A stretch of DNA of 64,000 bases from Minutocellus sp. GHC0000111. Lineage: Eukaryota. The notes under the pieces were generated by a model. That model saw only the letters and a program-made list of their open reading frames with translations. It did no database searches and was not told the origin of the DNA. The position numbers and the translations under genes are program-made. Of the stretch, positions 37,507-47,759 are shown in pieces. Numbering within the stretch: position 1 is the first letter of the stretch; each line of letters opens with the position of its first letter. Location of the stretch: NCBI GenBank assembly GCA_977018835.1, contig OZ361260.1:1364001-1428000 (forward strand). Direction: 5' to 3'.

Positions 37507-39252
37507 CTACTGCTTCAATTTTTCAAGAAGCTTCAGCTGGGGTTGTACCGATTCAAGCGAGATGGAGTTCGCCGCCAGTATTCCCGATCCTGCAACGGCT
37601 GGCACTCCGATTCCTGGAAAGCAGCTATCACCGCATAGTAACAAATTCTTCACCGGAGTCTGTGGAAAAGGAAAGGAACCTTCTCCTGCTACAATCGCTG
37701 GTCCATACGAACCTCGGTGTCTGTTGAGAAATCGCTGGTGAGTGAGAGGAGTGCCAACCTGAACAATGCGCGCTCGTTCTCGGATATCGGGGATAATCTT
37801 TTCGAGTACTGTCCAGAGATATTGACTCCGTTCCTCTTTGAGCTCCTGATATTCTTCAGACTTGCGATCTATGCCCTCCCATCGAGAATAATCTTCAGTT
37901 GCCGGGGTGTAAATGTGCAACACCCCGTGTCCTGGTGGAGCCAAGGAATCATCGTGGACCGATGGAATTGAAAGAAGAGCTGCATTATCCTCAGCTTCGA
38001 CCCCTCGCCCCCAATCATCGATGTACATGTAATGCGCCTGCAATTTCTCAAGTTCTTCTCTCGTTGCCTCAAAGCCCACGTGCAAGTGCATAAATGATTT
38101 ACCAACTGGAGTCTTCTTTCGATCCTGAACAAATTGTTCTGGAAATTCTTTGTTGTTGACTATGCCGCTGTTGAATAGGTCCCATACCGAGAGATTGGAA
38201 ACAACAGCCTTCGTTGCTTTGATTTTCTTTCCATCTTTCCCTACAACAATACCGGTAGCTTTGCCATCCTCAATGGTGATCTCATCAACGTGGGATTTGA
38301 GAAATATTTCTCCACCATTCTTCTCGATACCACGCACGAGGGCATCAATGATTGCATTTGCTCCTCCCTTTGGGCAATCCATCACTGCACCAGGAGCATA
38401 AAATTCTCCCATCATCAATCCCATCTCAGCTGTAATGGTTCCAGATGCTGGCAGGCCAGACAGACGAAAGCAGAGCAAATCCAACCAATTCCTCGTAAAC
38501 TTATCAGTGACGGCAGCACTATCCAATATGTTGCTGAATGGCTTGGTCAGCTTTAAATTTTCCAGCGGATTTGTAGCAGCAAAGTTGGGAAGAAATGGAC
38601 CAACTGTCAGAGCCCCACCAACATCGAATCGAAGGGCTGCCGTCGGTAGAGCAGCGACTGCTGCCTCCAGGGGTTCCATGCGCTTCATCAGAGTTGACCA
38701 CTGATATCGTGCACTATATCCAGAAGCCTTTTCCAACACACCGCCCTTTCGACCGAATTCTGTTGTATGTATAAAGTCGCCCTCAGGAAATTTCAATCCA
38801 AATGTTTCATACTTTTCACATTCGACTCTCTCTCCAATGGCATCAAGCACTGTTCGTAGTGGATTCGACGCCTTGGCTGGGATATCAGGGTTGAGGCCAG
38901 AAAAGAAGGACGGACCAGTATCGAAGTTGAACTCTCCCTCGATGCCCTTTGCTCGAGCTTTAAAGCCATGGGCGCATCCACCGGGGGCATAGTGACTTTC
39001 AAACACGGCCGTCTTGTACCCATAGAGAGTGGCCATGGCAGCAGTACAAAGGCCTCCGATGCCACTGCCAATCACAATGACGTCGTACTCTTCGTCAGCA
39101 TCATTGGGACCGTTCGATACTTGGAGAGAGCTGCTGGCTTGTCGCAAGCGAAGAGAGGACAACGACGACGGCACCACCGGTGCAAATGCATTCACCGGCG
39201 CCGCCACGGCAAGGCAGAGGCAAGACGCGAACAGACACCGCATCATTCTCAT
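37507..39252 (-). CDS. Carotenoid isomerase (CRTISO/CrtH)-like flavoprotein, plastid-targeted
   Basis: VNAFAP bipartite motif, VIGSGIGGL, ESHYAPGGCAH, FDTGPSFF, SFMHLH, GTPLTHQRFL and CGDSCFPGIGVPAVA. The start may be 39252, 39246 or 39243. Confidence 0.9.
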   Translation of the reverse strand: MRMMRCLFASCLCLAVAAPVNAFAPVVPSSLSSLRLRQASSSLQVSNGPNDADEEYDVIVIGSGIGGLCTAAMATLYGYKTAVFESHYAPGGCAHGFKARAKGIEGEFNFDTGPSFFSGLNPDIPAKASNPLRTVLDAIGERVECEKYETFGLKFPEGDFIHTTEFGRKGGVLEKASGYSARYQWSTLMKRMEPLEAAVAALPTAALRFDVGGALTVGPFLPNFAATNPLENLKLTKPFSNILDSAAVTDKFTRNWLDLLCFRLSGLPASGTITAEMGLMMGEFYAPGAVMDCPKGGANAIIDALVRGIEKNGGEIFLKSHVDEITIEDGKATGIVVGKDGKKIKATKAVVSNLSVWDLFNSGIVNNKEFPEQFVQDRKKTPVGKSFMHLHVGFEATREELEKLQAHYMYIDDWGRGVEAEDNAALLSIPSVHDDSLAPPGHGVLHIYTPATEDYSRWEGIDRKSEEYQELKEERSQYLWTVLEKIIPDIRERARIVQVGTPLTHQRFLNRHRGSYGPAIVAGEGSFPFPQTPVKNLLLCGDSCFPGIGVPAVAGSGILAANSISLESVQPQLKLLEKLKQ

Positions 39253-39409
39253 TTCTTCTTTCGATTGCAATGTCGATTGGCCAGCCAGTGGCGCATCCAT
39301 ACGCGCTACTACGCACTGACTCATCACTCTTGCTCCGGGTTCTGCTTTTTTTCGTGCCATGCAAAGCCGCTCATTCTGGCCGGTGATCATAACCAACCAA
39401 ACGGCCGAC

Positions 39410-41923
39410 ATGGGAGGCCCACATTCGCGGGGAATCAGCGGCAGCATATTGCGCGTTCTCACTTTCTACATTGTCGGCATATCATGTGTCGTCTCCGGCT
39501 TTACGTCCACCGCCACTCTCCATCTTGGTCCTCGTCGACACACTGCCAGTAACAGTCATGAACTTCAACCGCAGACTGCGCTTCATTTGGCACGGGGCAC
39601 CACCGATCTGTTGACCAAGCGATGGTTCTTTCCAACATCTTTTTCCAGAAATGATGGTAGTACTAGGAGTAACGATGAGGACGAAGACGAGCTGACTGAC
39701 TTGGAACGCCGGTGTTTGCGCTATGCTGGTGATCTCATTCGGACACGCATGGGTTGGGCAAATGAGACCGATGAGAATGATGAGAACCAATCTTCAGATG
39801 AAGAGGCAGAGCAGTCTCTTGCTCCTGAACCTGCTACCAAAAAGAATGAACGGGCAATGCAGCTTGCGAGTGGAAGATTCCTCGATTTGACTTGTACGAT
39901 CGAGGGAGAGAGAGCTGCAGAGAGTCTATTCGAGCATGCCCCCCCCGAAGAAGATGATGATGTGATACGAGGTGCAGTTATTGCTGTCCAATCGCTCCTC
40001 ATAATGGGTTTGCAGGTGGGCGTAAAGGGATCACCGCATCAAATAAAGAAATCGGTGTCGCATCTGCGGGAGGACATAGAAGAATCCTCGCACAACGAGC
40101 ATTGGGACCGCGCTCACGCCCGGAAGCTAAAGCACGATATGGATATTACAGCTGGTACTCAGCTTCTGGCAGAAGTGAAAAAGAAACGCACGGCTCAGGG
40201 AGCATTTGACTTGCTGGTTGGACTAGGAATATTCGAACCTCACGAGGAGCTGTCTCTACTTCGAAGTGGATTTCCAACGAGATTTGCCGACGAAGAGGAA
40301 TCAGCAGCTTTTGAGGCAGAGAAATCTATCAGAGATCCAGACGAAATATTGGGGTTGAGACAGGACTTTAGACACTTCAAAACTTATACGATCGATGGAG
40401 AGGGCACGCAAGACATTGACGATGGGTTGTCGGTAGAAAAATTGACAGATACCAATGATGCAACGGAAAGATTAAGGTATTGGATTCACATTGCCGATGC
40501 CGACCGCTGGGCGCCAAGGGATAGTAACCTTTTTGACGTTGCCAAAACCAGAGCGACATCTGTTTATCTTCCGACAGGGTCTGTGCCCATGTTCCCAGAA
40601 AGTGTTGGCAATGGAATTATGTCGTTGCGGCAGGGACATGACTGTTGTGCGTTGTCACTTGGAGTTGAACTGAACGAAGATGGTTCCATCGATACTGATT
40701 CTATCATTGTAATTCCATCCATGGTTCAAGTGAAGTATCGTCTTACATACAACCAAGTTGACGAAATGATGGATGCCGGAGTTGGCTATTTCGAGGAGTG
40801 GGAGCTTGGAGCAATGTTGACAGCGGCGACCAAACGACGGGCACTGAGAGCTAAGAATGGTAGTTCAGAGGGACGCGTAACGACACCAATACCACAGGCC
40901 GAACTCAAAGTTGTGAAAGATGATGACGCAGAAGACAATACATCCATCAAACTGGACATTGAAGTAACACACAATGCTGGTTCGAATCAAACTTCAATCG
41001 CGGAAGTATCGACGGCTGAGAACGAACATGCTGCGCCAGCCTCCCAAGCCTTTCTCCTTGTGACGGAAATGATGATTATGGCGGGAGAGGCAATAGGTAA
41101 ATGGAGGACAAAGATGCTGCTTGTAGGCACCAATGGCGAAAGGGACAAAGATGCTCTCACTCCGCAGCTCAAAAACGACCTTGACTTGCCATTTCGGAGT
41201 CAGGTGGAACCTGATTTCCGAGCACGAGCGTCTGAGGTAAGAACATTGCAGAACCTCAAGGAAACCAACAATGGTTATCCGCACGCTTGGTATTTCCGAA
41301 GATTCTTCAAGCCAGTCAAGGTTACGAAGGATCACAAACCGCATTTTGGTCTTGGATTGAGCTGTTATGTGCAATGGAGTAGTCCAATCCGACGATTTGG
41401 TGATCTTCAGGCCCACACGGCAATCAAGAGATACCTGAGGAGGAAACGGGTGAATAAGCTTTTGCGTGATGGCTCAAATATTCCATCTGAGATTACGGCA
41501 ATGGACCTCGGATGCGAATTGCCATCACCAGATGGCAATAAGTCCAAAACTGTTGATCCGATTGATTACAAAGTTGGCCAAGCACTTGGAGGAGCGGCAC
41601 GCTTTGTGCAGCGAAACTCGCAGCAATATTGGATGTTCGAGTACATTCGCAGGATGGTATCCGAGAGCGCCGACGAGGTTTCGTTCGAGTGTGTTGTTTT
41701 GGGATGCGTAGATCCAGAACGATTGCAGTATGCAGTGTACGCCAAAGAATTGGGTTTGGAGCATAGGTATTTGTCCGAGATGGGATCACTCAAGGTGGGG
41801 CAGTCGATTTGGCTCAAGGTGGCCAATGTCAATCCTCGGATGGGTCTCCTCACTCTGTCGCTTGCATCAAGAGCAAGTGGTATGGCAAGTCGAGTCGCGA
41901 CACCACCAGCCTCTGCTGCATAG
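39410..41923 (+). CDS. Ribonuclease II/R (RNB domain) exoribonuclease, probably organellar
   Basis: Catalytic TIDGEGTQDIDDG, WIHIAD, RATSVYLP, LVTEMMIMAG, HFGLGL..Y.QWSSPIRRFGDL, and an S1-like C-terminus. Signal peptide followed by SGFT. Start inferred. Confidence 0.92.
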   Translation: MGGPHSRGISGSILRVLTFYIVGISCVVSGFTSTATLHLGPRRHTASNSHELQPQTALHLARGTTDLLTKRWFFPTSFSRNDGSTRSNDEDEDELTDLERRCLRYAGDLIRTRMGWANETDENDENQSSDEEAEQSLAPEPATKKNERAMQLASGRFLDLTCTIEGERAAESLFEHAPPEEDDDVIRGAVIAVQSLLIMGLQVGVKGSPHQIKKSVSHLREDIEESSHNEHWDRAHARKLKHDMDITAGTQLLAEVKKKRTAQGAFDLLVGLGIFEPHEELSLLRSGFPTRFADEEESAAFEAEKSIRDPDEILGLRQDFRHFKTYTIDGEGTQDIDDGLSVEKLTDTNDATERLRYWIHIADADRWAPRDSNLFDVAKTRATSVYLPTGSVPMFPESVGNGIMSLRQGHDCCALSLGVELNEDGSIDTDSIIVIPSMVQVKYRLTYNQVDEMMDAGVGYFEEWELGAMLTAATKRRALRAKNGSSEGRVTTPIPQAELKVVKDDDAEDNTSIKLDIEVTHNAGSNQTSIAEVSTAENEHAAPASQAFLLVTEMMIMAGEAIGKWRTKMLLVGTNGERDKDALTPQLKNDLDLPFRSQVEPDFRARASEVRTLQNLKETNNGYPHAWYFRRFFKPVKVTKDHKPHFGLGLSCYVQWSSPIRRFGDLQAHTAIKRYLRRKRVNKLLRDGSNIPSEITAMDLGCELPSPDGNKSKTVDPIDYKVGQALGGAARFVQRNSQQYWMFEYIRRMVSESADEVSFECVVLGCVDPERLQYAVYAKELGLEHRYLSEMGSLKVGQSIWLKVANVNPRMGLLTLSLASRASGMASRVATPPASAA

Positions 41924-41988
41924 GAAATAGATGCAAAAATCCTGAACAAGTATTCTGCTTATTTATTAGAATTGCACAATCATCTTTT

Positions 41989-43800
41989 TCATCCCCATAG
42001 AAAAAGATCCCCATCCATCGAAGCACCGACAAGGGCAGTGCCATGCTTATCGAGCGATAAACAAGAGAGTTTGGATTGAATCCCGACTACGTCAGTAACG
42101 GCGCCGTCGAGTTTGCCCGCTAAACAAGAGTCAAGACCAGGCGTACATTCATTTGATGCCTGCATAGTGTCATGATATTTCCGTTTCTTCTTCGTCATAC
42201 CATCCGAATCCTTCTTGGTCATGTGGTCATTCAAATCGAACAACATTATGACTGGGTCGACGTCGGATTCGTCTTGGTACGATGCCAGAAAATCAAGATT
42301 TGGAGTAAAGGCGTTGAGTTCAGACTGTTGAAAGCTGGACAACTTAGAGTCGTGCACCACATTGTTCATCTGGTTTGGATCCACCAACAGCGTGTTGCAT
42401 GCGCATGAATCAACTATTCGATGTCCGTCGAAGGTCTCAATGTTTGACCAAGAGTTCGTTGTAATCGAGAGACGGCCTCCATCCACAGAGCCTACTAATC
42501 GCGAGATCACAAAGTCCGTAGTGGGGATTTCTTCGCTCATGGGGCAGACAACAGCATTGCCTCTACCGAAAATGGCTGTTTCTCTCCACGATTCTATACC
42601 ACGAGCCTCGTCGAAAGGAAACGATGGGATGAAGGGAGCTGAGGATGCAGGCTTTGGATCCTCTTCTCGAATCATTCTTAAATCCCAAAGTTTGATAATG
42701 TTGCTCGCCTGATTCTTTCCAACCCTTGCAACGTGCGACGTGGCCAAAGTGCGATCTCCGATGAATGTGATGGCTGAAATATCTTCAAAGACGTTGACGT
42801 TTCTATTCGGATATCGGTTCTTCAATGGTTTTGTGTCCAAGCATATCGTCCTTCTGACATCGGTAGTTTCCGAAGATATTCTCCCATCGAGAACTCTAAG
42901 AGAGAAACAATCAAACTCTGGGTCTACATATGCCGCAAACAATGACCTGCTGGAACTATCCTCGTGAAAGGCAAATGAATTCGCAGTCACCGCCAAACCC
43001 GCAGCCAAGGAGAGGTTGTTGGTCTTGTTTGGAATTCGCGAGGGAGGGAACCTTCCCTCATTCCAATCGCATAACTCTTGCAGCAAGTACCGATCATTCG
43101 GACAGGGGGCTTTCAACATATCGCTCAAACTTCGGGCTGCTACCGATCTCGCCTTGTTAGGATCACCTGCTCTCTCGTACTTTCTTCTTGGGCCACTTGC
43201 TCGAAGAGCTAGTCGCATGTAAGCATTACTGGAATTCGAATTTCCTAAGTTTGACCACGTTGTATCTCTGCTGGTTGCGAAAACTCTAACCTCACCACCT
43301 GACAGGCCCATAGCAAATGAGTCTCCATCATTCAACGAAAAGAGTGCTGGCGCACTGTGTTGTACTGTCGGGTCTGGGTCTCCCATTCGGCTGGCCACAA
43401 GGGTGCCCCTCCCTCCCCGAGTGTTTGGCAACCTGACGGCATCTACTCTCCCATTATCATCGGAGGCCAAGACCAAGTCGTCTCTGAGGAATGCTACAGC
43501 CTTGTACGGGGAGGCAATCTCCAGAAAATTGTTGGAGGCGGTGGCGTTGTCATCGTCGCCCCTACGAAAGAGGAGACGGTCGTCATTATCGCATGCTGTA
43601 CCGTCATTGGCACTGTTATTATTTGTGCCGGCGGTTGAGGACTGGAGGAGACGCTTCCTGCCGATCGTCAGGCCAACTCGTCTTCTCTCCTCCTGCAGAC
43701 GCCTGGTGACTAGGGAGGGATTGCGTCTGACCAGACCACTAAAGCTACCAGCGCTACTAGTAGCGCTAGCGGTGGCGTCGGGGCCGGTGGGGACCAGCAT
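41989..43800 (-). CDS. Hypothetical protein with divergent WD40-like repeats
   Basis: Long ORF with IIKLWDLR, GGEVRVF and terminal LVGASMDGDLFLWG. Start inferred at MLVPTG. Confidence 0.65.
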   Translation of the reverse strand: MLVPTGPDATASATSSAGSFSGLVRRNPSLVTRRLQEERRRVGLTIGRKRLLQSSTAGTNNNSANDGTACDNDDRLLFRRGDDDNATASNNFLEIASPYKAVAFLRDDLVLASDDNGRVDAVRLPNTRGGRGTLVASRMGDPDPTVQHSAPALFSLNDGDSFAMGLSGGEVRVFATSRDTTWSNLGNSNSSNAYMRLALRASGPRRKYERAGDPNKARSVAARSLSDMLKAPCPNDRYLLQELCDWNEGRFPPSRIPNKTNNLSLAAGLAVTANSFAFHEDSSSRSLFAAYVDPEFDCFSLRVLDGRISSETTDVRRTICLDTKPLKNRYPNRNVNVFEDISAITFIGDRTLATSHVARVGKNQASNIIKLWDLRMIREEDPKPASSAPFIPSFPFDEARGIESWRETAIFGRGNAVVCPMSEEIPTTDFVISRLVGSVDGGRLSITTNSWSNIETFDGHRIVDSCACNTLLVDPNQMNNVVHDSKLSSFQQSELNAFTPNLDFLASYQDESDVDPVIMLFDLNDHMTKKDSDGMTKKKRKYHDTMQASNECTPGLDSCLAGKLDGAVTDVVGIQSKLSCLSLDKHGTALVGASMDGDLFLWG

Positions 43801-44015
43801 GGTGGCCGTTGCGTTCTTGGCCGTTTGCTTGTGGCACTTCAGCAGAGCAGCCATGCATGAGCGTCTAAAAGAACCCGGAAGTTGGCGTGATGGCACTTCC
43901 AGGCCAGCTTCCAGCTTGCTTCCTGGCTTTACCAGCAGCAGCATAGCACACATCCCGCTGATATCATCCACAGGGAAGCTTGCTGCTTCCGTGTACATGC
44001 ACCGGTACCAACGCA

Positions 44016-45050
44016 ATGGCTTCGCATCGAGCACATGTGTATCCATCGCCACTCCGCCGCGCCACGGGCGTGTATCTACGACTGCTGCCGTTGCTCACTG
44101 TTTTGAGTCAGCCCACGCCATCACATGCTGTTATCAACACCGTAGTTGGAATCCTCTACACGCTACTGTCCGATTTGGGTCCCAATCCAGCGGAGTCACC
44201 CGAGGAACTTCGTATCATTGGTGCTGGTCTACCTCGGACTGGAACCTCCTCCCTCAATGCCGCCCTACGAGTACTGGGATACAATCCGTATCATCAGTTG
44301 GAAATTATGAAGGATAAGGGTGTCCACGCCTCGAGATGGGCCGATGTGGGAGCTGGACGGGCATCGCCGGAGGATATGTTCGAGTTCCTGAGTCAGTATG
44401 GGTACAACGCAACGCTTGATTACCCTGCAGCCGAATACTACGATGTTGCACTCGCACTGTATCCAGAAGCCAAAGTTATAATGACAGTTCGCGATGATCC
44501 CAAAAGATGGGAAAAATCGTGGAACACCTTGATGAGCTCAACGGCATTAATATGGGAGCGCAGCCCAGCGTTGACGCATCCGAATCCAATTCGACTGTTG
44601 GTACCGCAGAAGTGGCGTCAGATGAGAGAACTGAGGTGTTCCTATGGCGTACGAAGCTTTGGACTGCAACCCTGCGAGATGTTGAACGCGTACAGGTCCA
44701 AACCGGATGGGTGGCTCGAAGACATATACGAGAAGCACGTGGCAAGTGTTCGAGGGAAGGTAGCACCGGAACGCCTGCTGGAATTCAATGTGAAGGATGA
44801 TTGGGAGCCATTGTGCGAGTTTTTGGGTTTTTCGGTACCCGACATACCGTTCCCCAACATTATCGATTCGTCCTTGTTTATCCAATTCCGAAGGGCCTGG
44901 CTATTTATTGTGTATGCGTGGATACCTTTGTGTGCTCTTTTGTGCTGGATTATTTGGCGTCTATTGCAACGGATCATGAAAATGCTGTTCCCAGCAAGCA
45001 TGAAGAGGCAGGCGGAAATCAACAACAACAACAAAGTGAAATCGTTATGA
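44016..45050 (+). CDS. P-loop sulfotransferase-family protein with C-terminal TM helix
   Basis: IIGAGLPRTGTSSL, DYPAA, PEAKVIMTVRD and WEPLCEFLG..VPD.PFP. Signal peptide and C-terminal hydrophobic helix. Confidence 0.85.
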   Translation: MASHRAHVYPSPLRRATGVYLRLLPLLTVLSQPTPSHAVINTVVGILYTLLSDLGPNPAESPEELRIIGAGLPRTGTSSLNAALRVLGYNPYHQLEIMKDKGVHASRWADVGAGRASPEDMFEFLSQYGYNATLDYPAAEYYDVALALYPEAKVIMTVRDDPKRWEKSWNTLMSSTALIWERSPALTHPNPIRLLVPQKWRQMRELRCSYGVRSFGLQPCEMLNAYRSKPDGWLEDIYEKHVASVRGKVAPERLLEFNVKDDWEPLCEFLGFSVPDIPFPNIIDSSLFIQFRRAWLFIVYAWIPLCALLCWIIWRLLQRIMKMLFPASMKRQAEINNNNKVKSL

Positions 45051-45482
45051 ATAAAATTTGATGGGGCGTTGAGTTACCGTAAAATTTCAATATCCTCTGG
45101 AAGTTCCCTAGATGATTCCTACATCTGATTGGGAGGAGCTTGAAGACTTATGTGTATTTAACTTGACTAACAATTGGTAGATCTAACTTCAATGCTGACT
45201 TGACTGCTTGGTTGGCTGGCGGCTGGCTGGCGGCTGGCTGTTGGGCTGAATGATTTCTATTACGTCAAAGAAGCATGAAAACGAAACAACAGGTTGAGTC
45301 TGTCATTTTTTTTCCAGGCGCCGTTGCGATGGCTGGCTGCATGGCCACCGCGCCACTTTGCTGCCTTGAGATTAAAAGATACTTTTGCTAGCTAGCTGCT
45401 GGTACGTTGCACTACACATACGTGTACCAATTGGTACCAGATACATTCATTTGGTCAATTTCCTCGCATTGCTTGAAGCAGG

Positions 45483-46484
45483 ATGGGCCGCCCAACACAT
45501 GTGTTGGTTCTGGCCGTTTCCCTTGGAGTCTGCGTTGTCTCTTTGCTCAACAGTCACAGTTCATCATCGTCGTCACAAACGGCAATAATACCGACTTCAG
45601 CCACCGCTACAACGCCATCGTCACAGAAAAACGCTCCGCCGTGCCCCGATGTCAGTAAACTTCGGGAGACCTGTCTCGATCCAGAGGGACCTCAACCGTA
45701 TGTGTTGATGACGTTGGGCAGATCAGGATCGGGCAGTACATGGCAAGTCATTGGCAATTTAACGGGTTACGAAACGCCGAGCAATGAATACACGGGAAGT
45801 GGTCCGGCTAAGTCAGAGAATTTCTTCAAGAAAAATAGCGGGGCGGAAAATGATCGGTGGCTCCTCAGATATTTATGCAGCAAGCAGCTCACATATCCTG
45901 AGGCGAGTGTTGTCGGCTTCAAGTGGAAACCGTTTGATACAATATTCAGTCCACCGGCTCAAGCTGCATTTCGGAGGATGGCAAGCCTCAAGAGACCAGA
46001 AATAAAGGTGGTGAGATCAAGGAGGAACTTGCTTGACGTCGTGATATCCAAATACAAGCACAGCATATACGATGGCAAAGTTGCTGCGGCGCACTGCCGG
46101 AAAGGCGACGACAAATGCGTGGAGAAGGGAAGGAAGGCAAGTACTGGTCTGGAGTTGCCAATAGATACACTCCTTGATACATTACGAGAATATAATACGT
46201 TGGAGAATAAAGTCGACGAATTGCTCAAGAAGATGAAGATACCGCACGTACAAGTGACCTATGAACGATTGTACTACAATGGAGATGATACGTCGGAATG
46301 GAGAAAGATATTCAAGTTCTTGGGCGTCGGTCCATCCCATTCCAAAGATTTGACCAGGCGTCATCTCGAGGGTGCCATGGAGCACGTGGCCACAAGTATA
46401 CCAATGCAAAACGTGACATTGAAGAACTTTGATGCGGTGTCAAAGGTCTTGAAGGGGACTGAATTTGAGAATTTGCTGCATTAA
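45483..46484 (+). CDS. Sulfotransferase-like protein (Stf0-like), type II membrane or secreted
   Basis: N-terminal anchor, PAPS-binding-like TLGRSGS, VGFKWK, RRNLLDVVIS, VTYERL and IFKFLGV. Confidence 0.75.
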   Translation: MGRPTHVLVLAVSLGVCVVSLLNSHSSSSSSQTAIIPTSATATTPSSQKNAPPCPDVSKLRETCLDPEGPQPYVLMTLGRSGSGSTWQVIGNLTGYETPSNEYTGSGPAKSENFFKKNSGAENDRWLLRYLCSKQLTYPEASVVGFKWKPFDTIFSPPAQAAFRRMASLKRPEIKVVRSRRNLLDVVISKYKHSIYDGKVAAAHCRKGDDKCVEKGRKASTGLELPIDTLLDTLREYNTLENKVDELLKKMKIPHVQVTYERLYYNGDDTSEWRKIFKFLGVGPSHSKDLTRRHLEGAMEHVATSIPMQNVTLKNFDAVSKVLKGTEFENLLH

Positions 46485-46641
46485 AGTAGCAAACCTAGCA
46501 ATGAAGGAAGTACATACACACACAACACACACAACACAGCCACGAGCTTGACGCATGTTACTAAAATGTATGGCGCATTAAGAACATGCACATGTGTTAG
46601 AAAACTACAGATCTAAAACTATTTCTCATTTTCGCTGGCAT

Positions 46642-47484
46642 TTATCCAGACTCGGATGGCATCTCCATGCCAATTTCATCGCTTGCCAGGTGGCCAATTT
46701 TCATCCAAACATACACAGGCTCGCTTCCCGTCGTGACGCTAAAGCTAGTATCTTCATTCTCCTCATTCGGTATTCTAGCCCAGCTCCACTGATCGTGTTC
46801 GCCCAAAGACGACGAAAAATGCCCGTCCACAACAAATATCTCGGCCCCATTCTTCGGGATGGACACATCAAAGCTGGAATTGGCCGGCCACGTTTGTACC
46901 ATCGTTTTCTCCAACGACGATGAAAAGAGCCGCTCCGTCTCAACCGCATCAGTACCCTTCGCTTCCAATGTATGGGGTCCCCAAGCTTTGTGTTCGGCCT
47001 CATCCTTGGAGAAGAGGCTCATCTGTCGAAGCTTCACAAGAATAACACATCCCTCCTTCCCGATACTTGGTGTATGTCCCGAGCCAATGTAGTTGCGCAC
47101 ATAGGAATACTTGGGAAAGTCTCCATAGTCGTCGCGCCACACACCGTCCAGTACTAAGAATTCCTCCCCACCAGCGTGCGTATGACGAGGGAATTCCTGG
47201 CCAGGATCGAAGCGCACGATTGTGGTAGCTCTGGCCACCTTTTCGGTTCCCTCGCGCTCAATCATCTTGCGATACACACCACCCGCCTGAGACGTCGCGA
47301 CCCAATCGATTTCGCTCGTTCTTATGAGCTGGGCCTTGCTCTTGTCGCTGTTCAGGCTGATCCAATTGTTGGGCGGCTGAGCTGTCGCCATCTTTGTTGT
47401 AAAACTCTGAACGCCAATAATGTTTGAGAATGAAACGATAGAAGTAGAAAGAGTAGTGATGAGGCGCAGCCTTCGTACGAGCAT
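46642..47484 (-). CDS. ChrR-like cupin domain protein
   Basis: GVYRKMIER, ATTIVRFDPG..FPRHTHAGGEEFLVLDG, GCVILVKLRQM, and a second cupin GAEIFVVDG...WMKIGHL. Confidence 0.85.
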   Translation of the reverse strand: MLVRRLRLITTLSTSIVSFSNIIGVQSFTTKMATAQPPNNWISLNSDKSKAQLIRTSEIDWVATSQAGGVYRKMIEREGTEKVARATTIVRFDPGQEFPRHTHAGGEEFLVLDGVWRDDYGDFPKYSYVRNYIGSGHTPSIGKEGCVILVKLRQMSLFSKDEAEHKAWGPHTLEAKGTDAVETERLFSSSLEKTMVQTWPANSSFDVSIPKNGAEIFVVDGHFSSSLGEHDQWSWARIPNEENEDTSFSVTTGSEPVYVWMKIGHLASDEIGMEMPSESG

Positions 47485-47524
47485 GGAGAGACTGATCAGA
47501 GACTGTTGGTTACGGTTGTGATTG

Positions 47525-47573
47525 TTCGGGTTGGGGTTGGGGTTGGGGTCGGGGTCGGGGTGTCGGGGTGGGG
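47525..47573 (+). repeat. G-rich hexamer run (TTGGGG)3(TCGGGG)2 with degenerate flanks
   Basis: Read directly: TTCGGG TTGGGG TTGGGG TTGGGG TCGGGG TCGGGG TGTCGGGG TGGGG. Confidence 0.8.
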
Positions 47574-47759
47574 TTGTGTATGTGGTGTGTGCTGGTTGCT
47601 GGTTGTTGGGTTGTGGTGGTTCCACTTCGCCGCGCGCGGCGAAGTTAGATTGAGCAGCGCCATTGCATCGATCGTCATTCGCCGCCTTCCTGCTTCCTGC
47701 CTGCAGAAGATGGGGCAATAAGCAGCATACCTGTACAAACCGCCGCACGTTCGAACGTC

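Noticed and set aside
45212..45240. GGCTGGC short tandem repeat as a CRISPR or regulatory array
   Set aside because: It is a simple low-complexity repeat without spacers, in a eukaryotic context with no cas genes.
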